NCBI GenBank assembly: GCA_002245135.1
Contig: NGBS01000588.1
Span: forward strand, 241,767 to 261,766
DNA length: 20,000 nucleotides
Direction of reading: 5' to 3'
From: Proteromonas lacertae
Taxonomy: Eukaryota
Both the position numbers and the translations under genes were made by a program. The notes under the pieces were generated by a model that was not told the DNA's origin, ran no database searches, and saw nothing but the letters and a program-made list of their open reading frames with translations. How positions within the stretch are numbered: position 1 is the stretch's first letter; the number at the start of each line of letters is the position of its first letter. Of the stretch, positions 1 to 9,922 are shown in pieces.

Positions 1-258
1 TACAGCTCAATCTATAGTTGACACAAACAATGACATCAAGTCAAAAGCCATAATGTTTGAAAATCAAGTAGAAAAAATGATCCAAAAGACCTTGTAAATA
101 TTTCACAGCTATATACTCTCTAGAAAAAGCAAAACTACAATGAACGAAAGTACATCTGCATTTAAAGAGGGTATTTCTGTATTATATAACATCCTATAGA
201 CATCAGACAACAACAAAAGCTTATCGATGACTTTAATAGAACATTTGAGAAATTATAA
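1..258 (+). CDS. 3' end of an unidentified gene (helical/coiled-coil-like), partial
   Basis: Frame 2 is open from base 2. Removing GT-AG introns 94-123 (30 nt) and 171-199 (29 nt) gives ...QVEKMIQKTLKSKTTMNESTSAFKEDIRQQQKLIDDFNRTFEKL, ending at TAA 256-258. Confidence 0.75.
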
Positions 259-434
259 TACCATTATACTGTCAACTTCTTCAATAAAACAAAATCATTT
301 CTTTAGACCATATTATAAACTTATAATTTGTTTTTATCTATATGTTTTTATTTAATTTAGAGTAATATTTCATAATATAAGGATTTATAAATTACAAAAA
401 TCAATTACAAAAATAATAGTCGTTTTATCCAAAA

Positions 435-2409
435 ATGTCATTCCCTTTATCATCGATTCAAAGCTTTTTAGAGAAATATGTAAATAACCCAGAAGTATAT
501 TTATGAAATGCTTATACATAGGAAGTGTTACAAAATTCAAAAGACAATTCATCAGAATTGAAAGGAATACTAAAGACAGTTTTTGATTATGGTATTTATA
601 TGTGTATAATAAAATAGCAAAACAATTTGATGAAACAGAGATGAGTGGTCTAAGTGAATTACTTACACAAGATATGGATTTAGAACAAATTTGGGAACAA
701 ATTCGATTGGAAGTATTTATAATTTTGTTATTAAATTCGTATATAGAATATTCCATTGAAAAAATGGTTAAATAAAGAATATATAGAAATATCATCAAAT
801 CCAATATTATTTTTAGAAGAAACAGATGAAAATAATAATAAGAATGATGAAAATACAGACAATGAAGAAGAAAATGAAGAAGAAAATATGGAAGAAGAAA
901 ATGACAAAAATGAAGAGGAGAATGTGAATGAATATGTTGATGAGGAAGAAGGCGATGGCGAAGATGATGAAAAATATGAAGAAATAAACGATATAACCAA
1001 TATACACAAAGATAGTAATGAAGAAGATGATGAATTTGAAGATCTGTATAATAATATATAAATATTGTTCTATTGTTTATAATATTAATAGTGAAAAAGA
1101 TGAAGAAGGATACAAAGTAAAAAGTAACAAATTCTTTAATGAAGATGATTTAGAAAGATTTGAAGAATTGGATGAAAAATTATTTGGAGATTTAGAAGAT
1201 GATGAAGATAATAATAATAATAATGACCAAGAAGAAGATAATGAAGAAGAAGAAGAAGGTGATGATGATAATGATAGTGATGCTTATTTAGATGTAACAA
1301 AGAATTATGAAGATCCAAAAAGTAAATCAAAATTTGATGAGTATATATATACATAATTATAATATTATATCATTAGTTATAAATATGAAGATTTCTTCGA
1401 ACCACCAGATGATGAAAAAGAGAAAGATACTGAAGAAATAGAAGGAGATATATTAAATTCAAATTTCCAAATAAAGCAAAGCAAATTATTAAATAAAATA
1501 ATAGAATTAGAAGCTGAAGCAATTGATGATAAACCATGGATGTTAAAAGGTGAAATTACAGCCAAATCTCGACCAGAGAACAGTACTTTAGAAGCAGATA
1601 TTGATTATGATAGACAAGTACCAGTAGCACCATTATTAACAGCAGAAAGCAACCAAAGTTTAGAAGAAATTATAAAAAAAAGAATCATAGAAGAATCATG
1701 GGATGATGTGATAAGAATGAAAATAGAAGAAAAACCTGAAAAAGAATTAGTTGAATTAAGTCAAGAGAAATCTAAAGAAGGCTTAGGTGATATATATGAA
1801 AAAGAATATATGGAACAAACTGGTAAATGGGATCCTGATGAAGAAACAAAGAAAGCTGAAGCTGAAGCAGATCAAATATTTAGAAAAATATGTTATTATT
1901 TAGATGCATTATCTAATTTTCATTATACACCAAAACCTGTAATAAATGAATTAGAGATTAAAGTAAACGCTCCTGCGTTGAAGATGGAAGAAAGTATTCC
2001 CTTATCATACTCAATGGCCAATCAAAAAGCTCCAGAAGAAATAATGTCAAAACAGAAGGATGAATTGAAGGATATAAAGGAAATGACAAGTGATGAGAAG
2101 CAGAAGAAAAGACAATTGAAGAAAACAATGAAGAGAAAGGTAAAGAAAGAAAAGGATGCTATTAATAAGATAGTTGAAAGATTAAATCCTGGATTAGGCA
2201 ATAAGTATTCTAAAGAAAAAATAAAGGATGCATTATTACAAAGAAATGTGAAAGAAGGTAAAGTAACTGGTAATGTATCGAAGACTTCAAGTGCATTATT
2301 TAATCAGCTACAGGATGAATTGGATAAGCAAGTTGCAAGTTTCAAAGGAACAGATGAACCACCTAAGAAGAAAAGAAAGAGCAATAAAGTTGCTCAATAT
2401 AAATTATAA
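435..2409 (+). CDS. MPP10: U3 snoRNP / SSU processome protein Mpp10 (~601 aa)
   Basis: ATG 435. Introns 495-521, 592-617, 713-746, 1046-1091 and 1341-1376 give a 1806-nt CDS. Mpp10 motifs: DLEQIWEQIRL, an acidic tract, YEDFFEPP, KPWMLKGEITAKSRPENSTLE, LEEIIKKRIIEESWDDV, LDALSNFHYTPKP, and C-terminal SSALFNQLQD...YKL. Confidence 0.95.
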
Positions 2410-2570
2410 AATATAATAGTTGTTTCGTTGTTTTTCCTATATATATTTTTAAGTATTATGATTTGTTCTGATGTATGGGAAGTTAATTGTCTGATAATAT
2501 ATAGAAATACTTTAGAAAATTGATAATAAAAATTCAAACCTTCAAGCCAAAATCGTTTTATTTTGATAAA

Positions 2571-3984
2571 ATGGAAGAAAAAAATGAACAGGGAATATAT
2601 TTGACAGAAGTAGAAGTACCACAACAGTATAAATATTATTGTTTTTATACAATTAGAGTAAAACTGAAGAAACCTGAAACACCTCCATCCATTAAAATAC
2701 AAGAGGAAGAAGTTACATATGATGAAAAAGGACCAATTGTATATTTAATGTGATATTCCATATTTTTAGAATATGCCTGAAAGAGTTGACTTTAATGCCT
2801 TAATGGACCATGTTACAACAAATGTAAATATGCCAATAAGAAGACAAGATCATCTGTATCAATATAAAGCAGTTTGTACATCAAACATCTCTGAAGCAAT
2901 AGTAAAAGATGCTTTTTGGCTTGTTCTATCTAAATGTTTTATAAAAGAACGAAATTTTGAAGTTGAAACTAAACTATACTCACGACTATCAGAAAATTAC
3001 ACAAAACTATTTGAAGAAACAGATTCAGATTTAAAAGATTTAGTGTTTTTGAGATATGCAGATATGTTAGCACAAGCCGTATATTTTGGAATGTATACAG
3101 CCTATCCAAACAGTAGATGTGAACTCTCTCAAGATTTCCGACATAAAATTATGGATATCACAAGTTACTGGATCACAGGATTACAATGTCCATTGTACGA
3201 TGATCACCACTGGAAAATGGTTCCTTCTATGATAACAAAAAAAGAAAGAGGAAAAATAGAAAAACAAAATTTAACCAAAAAATTTAATCTTCCTTTAAAC
3301 ACAAAATCATTAGAGGATCAATTGAATAAGAAATTAGATAATATTGACAAAATGATGAAAAGTCAATTACTAAATGGAAATAATAATAATAATAATAATA
3401 ATAATATGGATGATGGAATAATTCAATCTTCTAGAAATATAAATCCTTCAAGCCCAATAGCAAACTCCTCTACAAATGCAGCAGCTACAGCAGCAGCAGG
3501 TGCTAAATTTATGAAAGAAGTAGCTGAATATGGTAAAGTGAGATCATTTTATGTTGGTAAATGTAAACCTGCTACTAGAGGTTATATCGCTTTAAGTCAT
3601 GGAGAATTAATAGATAAACATTTACAGAAATATGGAGAAAGAGTATTATCTACCCAACATGCATTTCCTATAAAAATTACAGAATTTCCTCGAAGAGAAG
3701 ATGATGAATTGATTGGTGAGAAAGCAGATACAATCGATGAAGAGAATCATGTTCAAACATACCAAGATGTTGTTTATAAAACAAAACATGTGAGAAGAGA
3801 GATATATAAGGAGTATGAAAAGAAAAAGAAACAGACTAATCGAGAAGTTAGGTTAATTGAAGATAAACATAAACGAGAAATTGAGAATATAAAGAGTGAA
3901 GCAAAGAAAGTGAAAGATTTACATGAATTTTCGAACTATTTAGTAAGTCAGTGGAGTTTGAAGAGTATGAAAAATAATCAATAG
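2571..3984 (+). CDS. FAM227A/B-like protein (FWWh domain), ~450 aa
   Basis: ATG 2571. Introns 2627-2656 (30 nt) and 2739-2769 (31 nt). SEAIVKDAFWLVL...LYSRLSENYTKLF...KDLVFLRYADMLAQAVYFGMYTAYPNS...WITG matches the FAM227 core pattern (DxFWW...FDRISxSY...KDxFF..YPxCLAQAIY...FPxS...W.SG). C-terminal coiled coil. Confidence 0.8.
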
Positions 3985-4088
3985 TTGAATAATATAAATG
4001 TAATATCTATAATTTATTTATTTCTATGAAATGTTGAATGTATAAAAAGAAAAAGAAAAGAATATAAATAATTAAGAAGGATAATATT

Positions 4089-4883
4089 CTAAATAATTTC
4101 ATTAACAATATTATTACTTGAATATTTCCTACATCCTGGACCTCCTCTATTGAAAAAATTCTTTACATTTCTTTTAATACCATAATCGAATGGATTATGG
4201 TATTTTCCATTTCTGTCATAAAAATGTGGATATTTTCTATAATTAATAAATTCATTTGTTGTTATATTTGATATGACATTTCCTGTATGACTAACTAACA
4301 TTAAAACTATTAATTAAGAAAAAATAAAAACGAATATATAATTTGGAAAATAAAAAGATATAACTTCCAGTAAATAATGTATATAAAGCACATACCATTA
4401 TCATACCACTTGCACATCTTATACTTTTCATCACTTGTTCTGCTTTTCTCTGTGGAGATATTTCTAAATATATTCTCATGAAAAACAACACATCCAATAC
4501 TACAAAAGTGTAAAACATGAAGAAGACGAATAAATAGAATTCTTTATAATTATTCTCTCCAATACAATTCATCATCCACCCGCAATGATGATCAAATTTA
4601 CTTACACATTTATTACATAACTATATATACAATTAATAAATAATAACAATAAATAAAATGAAATATACTGAACAGTGTTTGGATCTGATTGGTTTTTCTA
4701 TTCTACAAGTAACACAATATCTTTTATTATCAATACTTTCATCATTGACTATTTGATTTAGATATACTTCAATATAATTTGTTCTTATATTATTCCATGA
4801 ACTATTATCAGTTGTTATTCTTTTAATATTATCGACCAAAAAACCAGGATTTCTAAGATGACATTTAAACCAATTGAAAAACT

Positions 4884-4919
<36 letters not shown>

Positions 4920-5926
4920 CATAAATAACAAAAGGTTAAAAAGCAATTCTAAGTACCAATATGAATATAATTGCCTGTGTATATAAATCAAATACATTGA
5001 ATAACAGAATATTACACTAACGATCAATATAGTAGCTATCATATAATTCATTTTATCTAACTCTGAAGGCTTAAAACATTTCTTAAATAATAAATATATA
5101 TTTGATTTTGCTGCTTCTAATATAATAATATCACACTGAGTATCTGAATTTACTTCAGCATTGGGTAAAACATATGAATAAGGAGTTTCATTCTTAATAT
5201 TCTTTGAATGGATTTGATCTTTTGCTCCAAAATCTAATAATAGCTTTACTACACCATAAAGGCCTTTTAAAGCAGCATAATGTAAAGGATAATTCTTTTC
5301 ATTATCCAAAATATCGACTGATGCATTCTCTAACAGTAAATATTCAACAGTATCACAGTGGTTGAAGTAAACAGCCCAATGTAATGCAGTTTTTCTATCA
5401 TAGTCTTGGATATTTATATCTACACCAAGTGTTAATAAGTAGTTTATTACTAATATATGATCATTTTGTGCAGCTAAGTGTAAACATGATATTCCATGAT
5501 CATTTACTGAAGATGGATTTAATCCTAATCCGACTAACATTTTTGCACCTTCTAAATTACCTCCCCATGCACACCAGTGAATAATGAGTTAATAGAAACG
5601 TAATATTTGCAATTATATAAAACAAAAGATATATGAAGTGCATTTTCTCCATTATTATTGGTTATATGTATGTTGCCATTATGCTCTATGAAATATCTTA
5701 AAATGTTATTTCTTTTAAGATATGAAGCTAATTTATAAATAAATATTATATAATACCCCACATTAGCAATGAATTACCATTGTTATCCACTGTGTTACTA
5801 TTAATAAAACCGGTATTCAATAGATCTTTAAGCTAATAAATGTACTATATTTGACAATACAATATCTATTTTATCATTCATAATTGCTTCGTAAGATTGA
5901 AGCAATATACTTTTTGATCCTTCCAT
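4089..5926 (-). CDS. Ankyrin-repeat DHHC palmitoyltransferase (Akr1/ZDHHC13/17-like), ~528 aa
   Basis: ATG 5926. Introns 5860-5833, 5756-5728, 5632-5577 (AT-AC), 4916-4882, 4668-4621 and 4361-4307 (AT-start). Contains ankyrin repeats ([31 protein letters not shown]), [50 protein letters not shown] and NPFDYG motifs. TAG at 4091-4089. Confidence 0.93.
4307..4361 (-). other. Probable second U12-type intron (AT start; AG or other 3' end), ~55 nt
   Basis: Minus strand reads AGTT|ATATCTTTTTA...TTTTCTTAATTAATAG|TTTTAATG. It has the same ATATCTTTT donor and a U12-like branch box TTCTTAAT. An in-frame GT donor 3 nt upstream (GTTATA) is an alternative. Confidence 0.65.
4887..4915. repeat. (AT)n microsatellite filling most of a 35-nt intron
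   Basis: Uninterrupted ATATAT run inside intron 4882-4916. Confidence 0.9.
5577..5632 (-). other. U12-type (minor spliceosome) AT-AC intron, 56 nt
   Basis: Minus strand reads CAT|ATATCTTTTG...CGTTTCTATTAACTCATTATTCAC|TGG. Removal restores the ankyrin repeat [20 protein letters not shown] in frame with the 5540 ORF. Confidence 0.9.
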
Positions 5927-6015
5927 TCTTTATAAATTTAAAAGTCAGAATATATCCGTTTCAGATTTATTTCATTTCATTTTATTTGATCATAGAAATA
6001 GTTAATTGATTTATA
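5927..6015. promoter_or_regulatory. 89-bp bidirectional promoter between the DHHC gene and the GT41-like gene
   Basis: Divergent ATGs at 5926 (-) and 6016 (+). Confidence 0.5.
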
Positions 6016-9000
6016 ATGTTAATAAAATACAAAAATATGAGCATATATGCATTATTGTTATTCCTATTGTTCATATCAAACACTGTATCATTGATTTTCG
6101 TTATTATTTCTAATTTATAGCAAGCTGATAATTCTGCCTTAACGAATAAAATGTTACAGATTGTTAACTCAAATACAAAAAGCATTAATGCAAAAATGAA
6201 CGAATGTTACGATGATTTGATTGAAGTGATCAATAATTCTACAGTTAAATCGTATGATATGTGATTATGTTTTAATAGGAAGAGACCAGCACATTTTCTT
6301 GACATTACCAAAGAAATCAGAATTTTATCCTTTTATTACTTTAACTTTAGCAAATACATACCCAAAATTACAAAGGCATATATGCAGAAATACCCAATAT
6401 TGCATTATATTTCACCAAATATATCGTCAGTTCAATATAAAGATGATTTAGTTAAGATAGGGATGATTTTACCAAACTCAACTTATTCAACAGTAATAGC
6501 AGTATATAAATAGTATTATTATAAATATAGTATTCATTATTGAACTTTCCTCTTGCATTCTTACCATATTATTTTACTCTTCCAGAATATCATTTACCTT
6601 TTAATCATACAAAGTATAATACTATATATTGATTTATGCTTTTCATAGTGTAATTGAATTATCAAATAAGTTTTACAGAAATAGAAGAATAATAGAAGAA
6701 TCAGAAATGGATATATTGATATATGTTGATCTTTATGTTTCAATACAAACTTATTTACTATCATATTCAAGACTTGCATCAATACAAATGTTATTTTACA
6801 CTCCTTATCCTCCACTTACAGAAACTATAGATTATTATGTTATTAATGATAATTTGATGATGTTTGAGAATAATGAAAATAATGATTATCCTCGTTATAA
6901 CGAACAAACATTACTACTTGGAGGATTAGGTTATTATTATGCCCAAGTTAATTTATCAAATGAAAATTGCATGAATTTGGAGAGAAGTGAATATGGTATT
7001 GATGAAGATATCATAATGTATTCAACACATCTTTACTGTCATGTTGATAATACAAAGTTTATAGAAATTGTATATAAGATATTACCTTCAGTTCCAAATG
7101 CTGCTATTACATTTTTCATTATGTATATATATCTATATCTATATATATATATATATGAAATAGAGATGAATTTGGTTGTTTTGATCTGTTAGTTGATAGA
7201 GTCAAAGAGGTGTTATACGACATACAGAATAATGTGTATTTCGTTTTACATAATTACAATTGTTCTGATATTTATTCTTTTCCTGATATTTATTTAATTC
7301 CATTTCCTTATATTGATTTTAATGCTTTAATATCTCAAATTGATGCTGGAGTATATACTTATTATTATTAAAAATATTAAATATATAGAAACCTTTCGTT
7401 GCTCTTACTTATAACAATACATATTCTGGAAAATTAGGTCAACTATTTTCTCATTTTTTAGTACAACATAATATGTATGATATATTACTCTATAGTTATT
7501 GTTTATATAGAATTGGTCGTACTATTGAAAAATATATTAATATTGCTATAAATTTAGGATTGTCCAGATATTTACGTTTAGAAGTAGGAAAAGGTATTTA
7601 TCGTAAAAGAAATTTACCTTTAGAAAGAATAGAAGTAGTCAATGATATGATTACTTTTTTCTTATATATATCAAATATATATATAGAAATGCCTGACAAT
7701 ATTGCAGTATTTGAGTTTAGATATTCAAGAGATGATGTTGATAAGAGTGTATATGGAGAAATTATAAATGAAGCTTTTGTGAATATACGGTTTCTTCCAT
7801 CAAGACCTCTATTGAATTATATACTTGCTCAGTATTATTGTAGTTCTGATTTAATTTCTGGTATTTTTCTCTTTATAATATATATTTATAGATTGTCTGA
7901 TTCATTCATTTTTGATGATGCATTATGATAGATCAATGTATTTTTTGATGAACACTGTTGCTATTTATTTAATGTATGAAGGAGATTATTTAGTATATTC
8001 TTATTGAATTTTGTATATATTAGTCTGCTATTGATTATTTACAATACAGTTACAACAGATGTAGTGATTTACATGAAAAGAAGTTGATGTTGGATAATAT
8101 TCTCTATTCAATAATCAATCAGTATGATACTGAAACAGCATATAGAATGGCACTTACTTATTCTGCCGTTCCACTCATTTCTCAACTTCATCAAGAAGTT
8201 GTTTTTTGTTTATCTCAGATTGAATATAAACAATTGAAGAAGGTATATACTATAATTTTTTTTTACTTTAATTAGGATAAAATAGTTGATGTGATATATA
8301 AATATTCTCACGATAATACATTTAACTATGATTTAGATTATTATATGAATTGGTTGAATTATAATGAACATTTCCCTTTAGTTGCTTTGAAATTATTATA
8401 TGAAAGAGGTAAATAAATATACTATTTGTTATTATTCTTACTTTTATAGATGGTTTAATATGTCAGAATATTTTACTCACTTATTTTGGCATTAGAAATG
8501 TTCGTCGTTATTCTACTCAAAATATTCAACAGATTAAACCAAAACAAAAAGTTCATTTAATCATTCAGTATTATGAAAATGATGAAACAGAAGAAGATAT
8601 TGAAATGAATATACTTAATCACATTTATTGTCTAGTAGAGAATATAAAGAATGAATATATAGATGAAATACACTTATTGAATAGTAAGTTGTATAATATA
8701 AAGGAATTTGAAGAAGAAAGTAAGAGAGATTTTGGTTATAACAAGATTCATCAAGTATATATTTATTGTTATGATATTTAGAAAGTTGTAAATGAACAGC
8801 TAAGTATAAAATCTGTTGTAAGTTATATAAAAGAGAATATCAATGATGGGATTGTTATAATTACTGAATTAGACTACTTCTTTGATAAATCATTGAAGAA
8901 TATTCATTCTGTGGAATTAAAGAATAAAATAATTACATTAACTCCATGGGAATCAATTGATAATGATAATGTTGATTTAGTTGCATTATATTCATCGTAT

Positions 9001-9319
9001 TATATATATATTAAGTGAATGTAATATATATGTAGAGAAAAAGCATTTATAATTCAATCACCTGTAAATGAGATTTTAATTAGTAAGATAATGGATGAAA
9101 GTGAAAGAATCTTAATATCGCAAATTAATTTTAACCAATATTTTAATAGAATCACTTCTGATTCTGGATACTCCAGGATTAATATACCTTTCGATGTAGT
9201 TTTACATCATTTAAACAAAGAAAAGATGGTATACTTTATATATATTTTAATTTATATAGTATTCGCATGAACAAATAACTACAAGAGATTATAATACCAA
9301 ATTTTCTTTATTAACTTAA
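6016..9319 (+). CDS. Multi-domain glycosyltransferase-like protein (~942 aa): N-terminal signal peptide/anchor, degenerate GT41 (SPINDLY/OGT/HMW1C-like) domain, helical linker, C-terminal GT-A-like domain
   Basis: ATG 6016 (or 6037). Fourteen GT-AG introns (6085-6120, 6252-6278, 6502-6530, 6614-6648, 7123-7163, 7351-7388, 7475-7510, 7861-7891, 7993-8023, 8243-8275, 8409-8449, 8755-8781, 8997-9035, 9229-9259) give an open 2829-nt CDS ending at TAA 9317-9319. GT41-like segments: MDILIYVDL..QTYLLSYSRLASIQ..TIDYY..YNEQTLLL and DIYLIPFPY..GKPFVAL..IEKYINIAINLG. Confidence 0.75.
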
Positions 9320-9665
9320 TTTTTCTTTTCTTTTCGTTTTTAGTTGAATTGGTTTAACTTTAGAATGTTAATACTTGAAGATTAACAATTTAATAGCTAA
9401 ATTCTTAATTAGTATATTTCACAAAGAAATATTTCTTAGAGAAATTAGTCTATCAGTAGAAAACAATAAATATCATTTTTAGGAGATAATTGCAACAATA
9501 TTGCAAGATATTTTATTTTTAAATATTCTTAAAATATTTTCTCAAACATATAATCAAACTTATATTCATTTTTTTGAATTTATTCATTGTAATATAGTTA
9601 TTTAAACCTTATATTGTTGATTTTATGCAGAATGATTGTATTTTTTTTTTCCATATAAAAGCATT

Positions 9666-9800
9666 TCAGACAGTGGTCTCATTTCTACTCTTTTCTCTCC
9701 TTTCTTTTATCTATAAAATATAAATTAATCAAAATACTTGAGTTTCAGATGGTAGAATTGAGCAAAATACATCATCTGCGAAAGAATTTAAAAAAAACAT
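9666..9800 (-). CDS. Putative 35-aa spliced microprotein MFFLNSFADDVFCSILPSETQIKERREKSRNETTV
   Basis: AAAATG start context at 9800. A typical 27-nt intron GTATTTTG...TTTATAG (9737-9711) removes an in-frame TGA. Stop TGA at 9668-9666. The stretch is a locally GC-richer island in an AT-rich intergenic gap. Confidence 0.5.
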
Positions 9801-9922
9801 TTTGTTTCAAAATATTTATTCGTTTCAATTTCATTTTATTTTTACACAGAATGATTGATATTACAAATTCTTATCATTTTTATAATCAACTCAACAAATC
9901 AAACAGATAAATAATAATTTTA

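Noticed and set aside
385..1565. Minus-strand ORFs 385-804, 731-1009, 813-1007, 1136-1354 and 1377-1565
   Set aside because: Antisense shadows of the acidic, low-complexity Mpp10 exons.
3379..3406. (AAT)n run, also at about 1209-1223 and 19170-19190
   Set aside because: Ordinary coding poly-Asn tracts, common in AT-rich protists.
6085..6120. GTATCATT donor as a GT-AG U12 intron
   Set aside because: Mismatch in the donor core, weak branch box, and a 36-nt length within the major-intron range.
9490..9506. TTGCAAcaataTTGCAA palindrome pair in the intergenic gap
   Set aside because: Short, plausible by chance, and not seen elsewhere in the window.
9661..9780. Possible C/D snoRNAs (ATGATG...CTGA on the minus strand) or hairpin CAGATGGT/ATCATCTG
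   Set aside because: Box C is imperfect and I recognised no convincing rRNA complementarity of 10 nt or more. The spliced ORF explains the region better.
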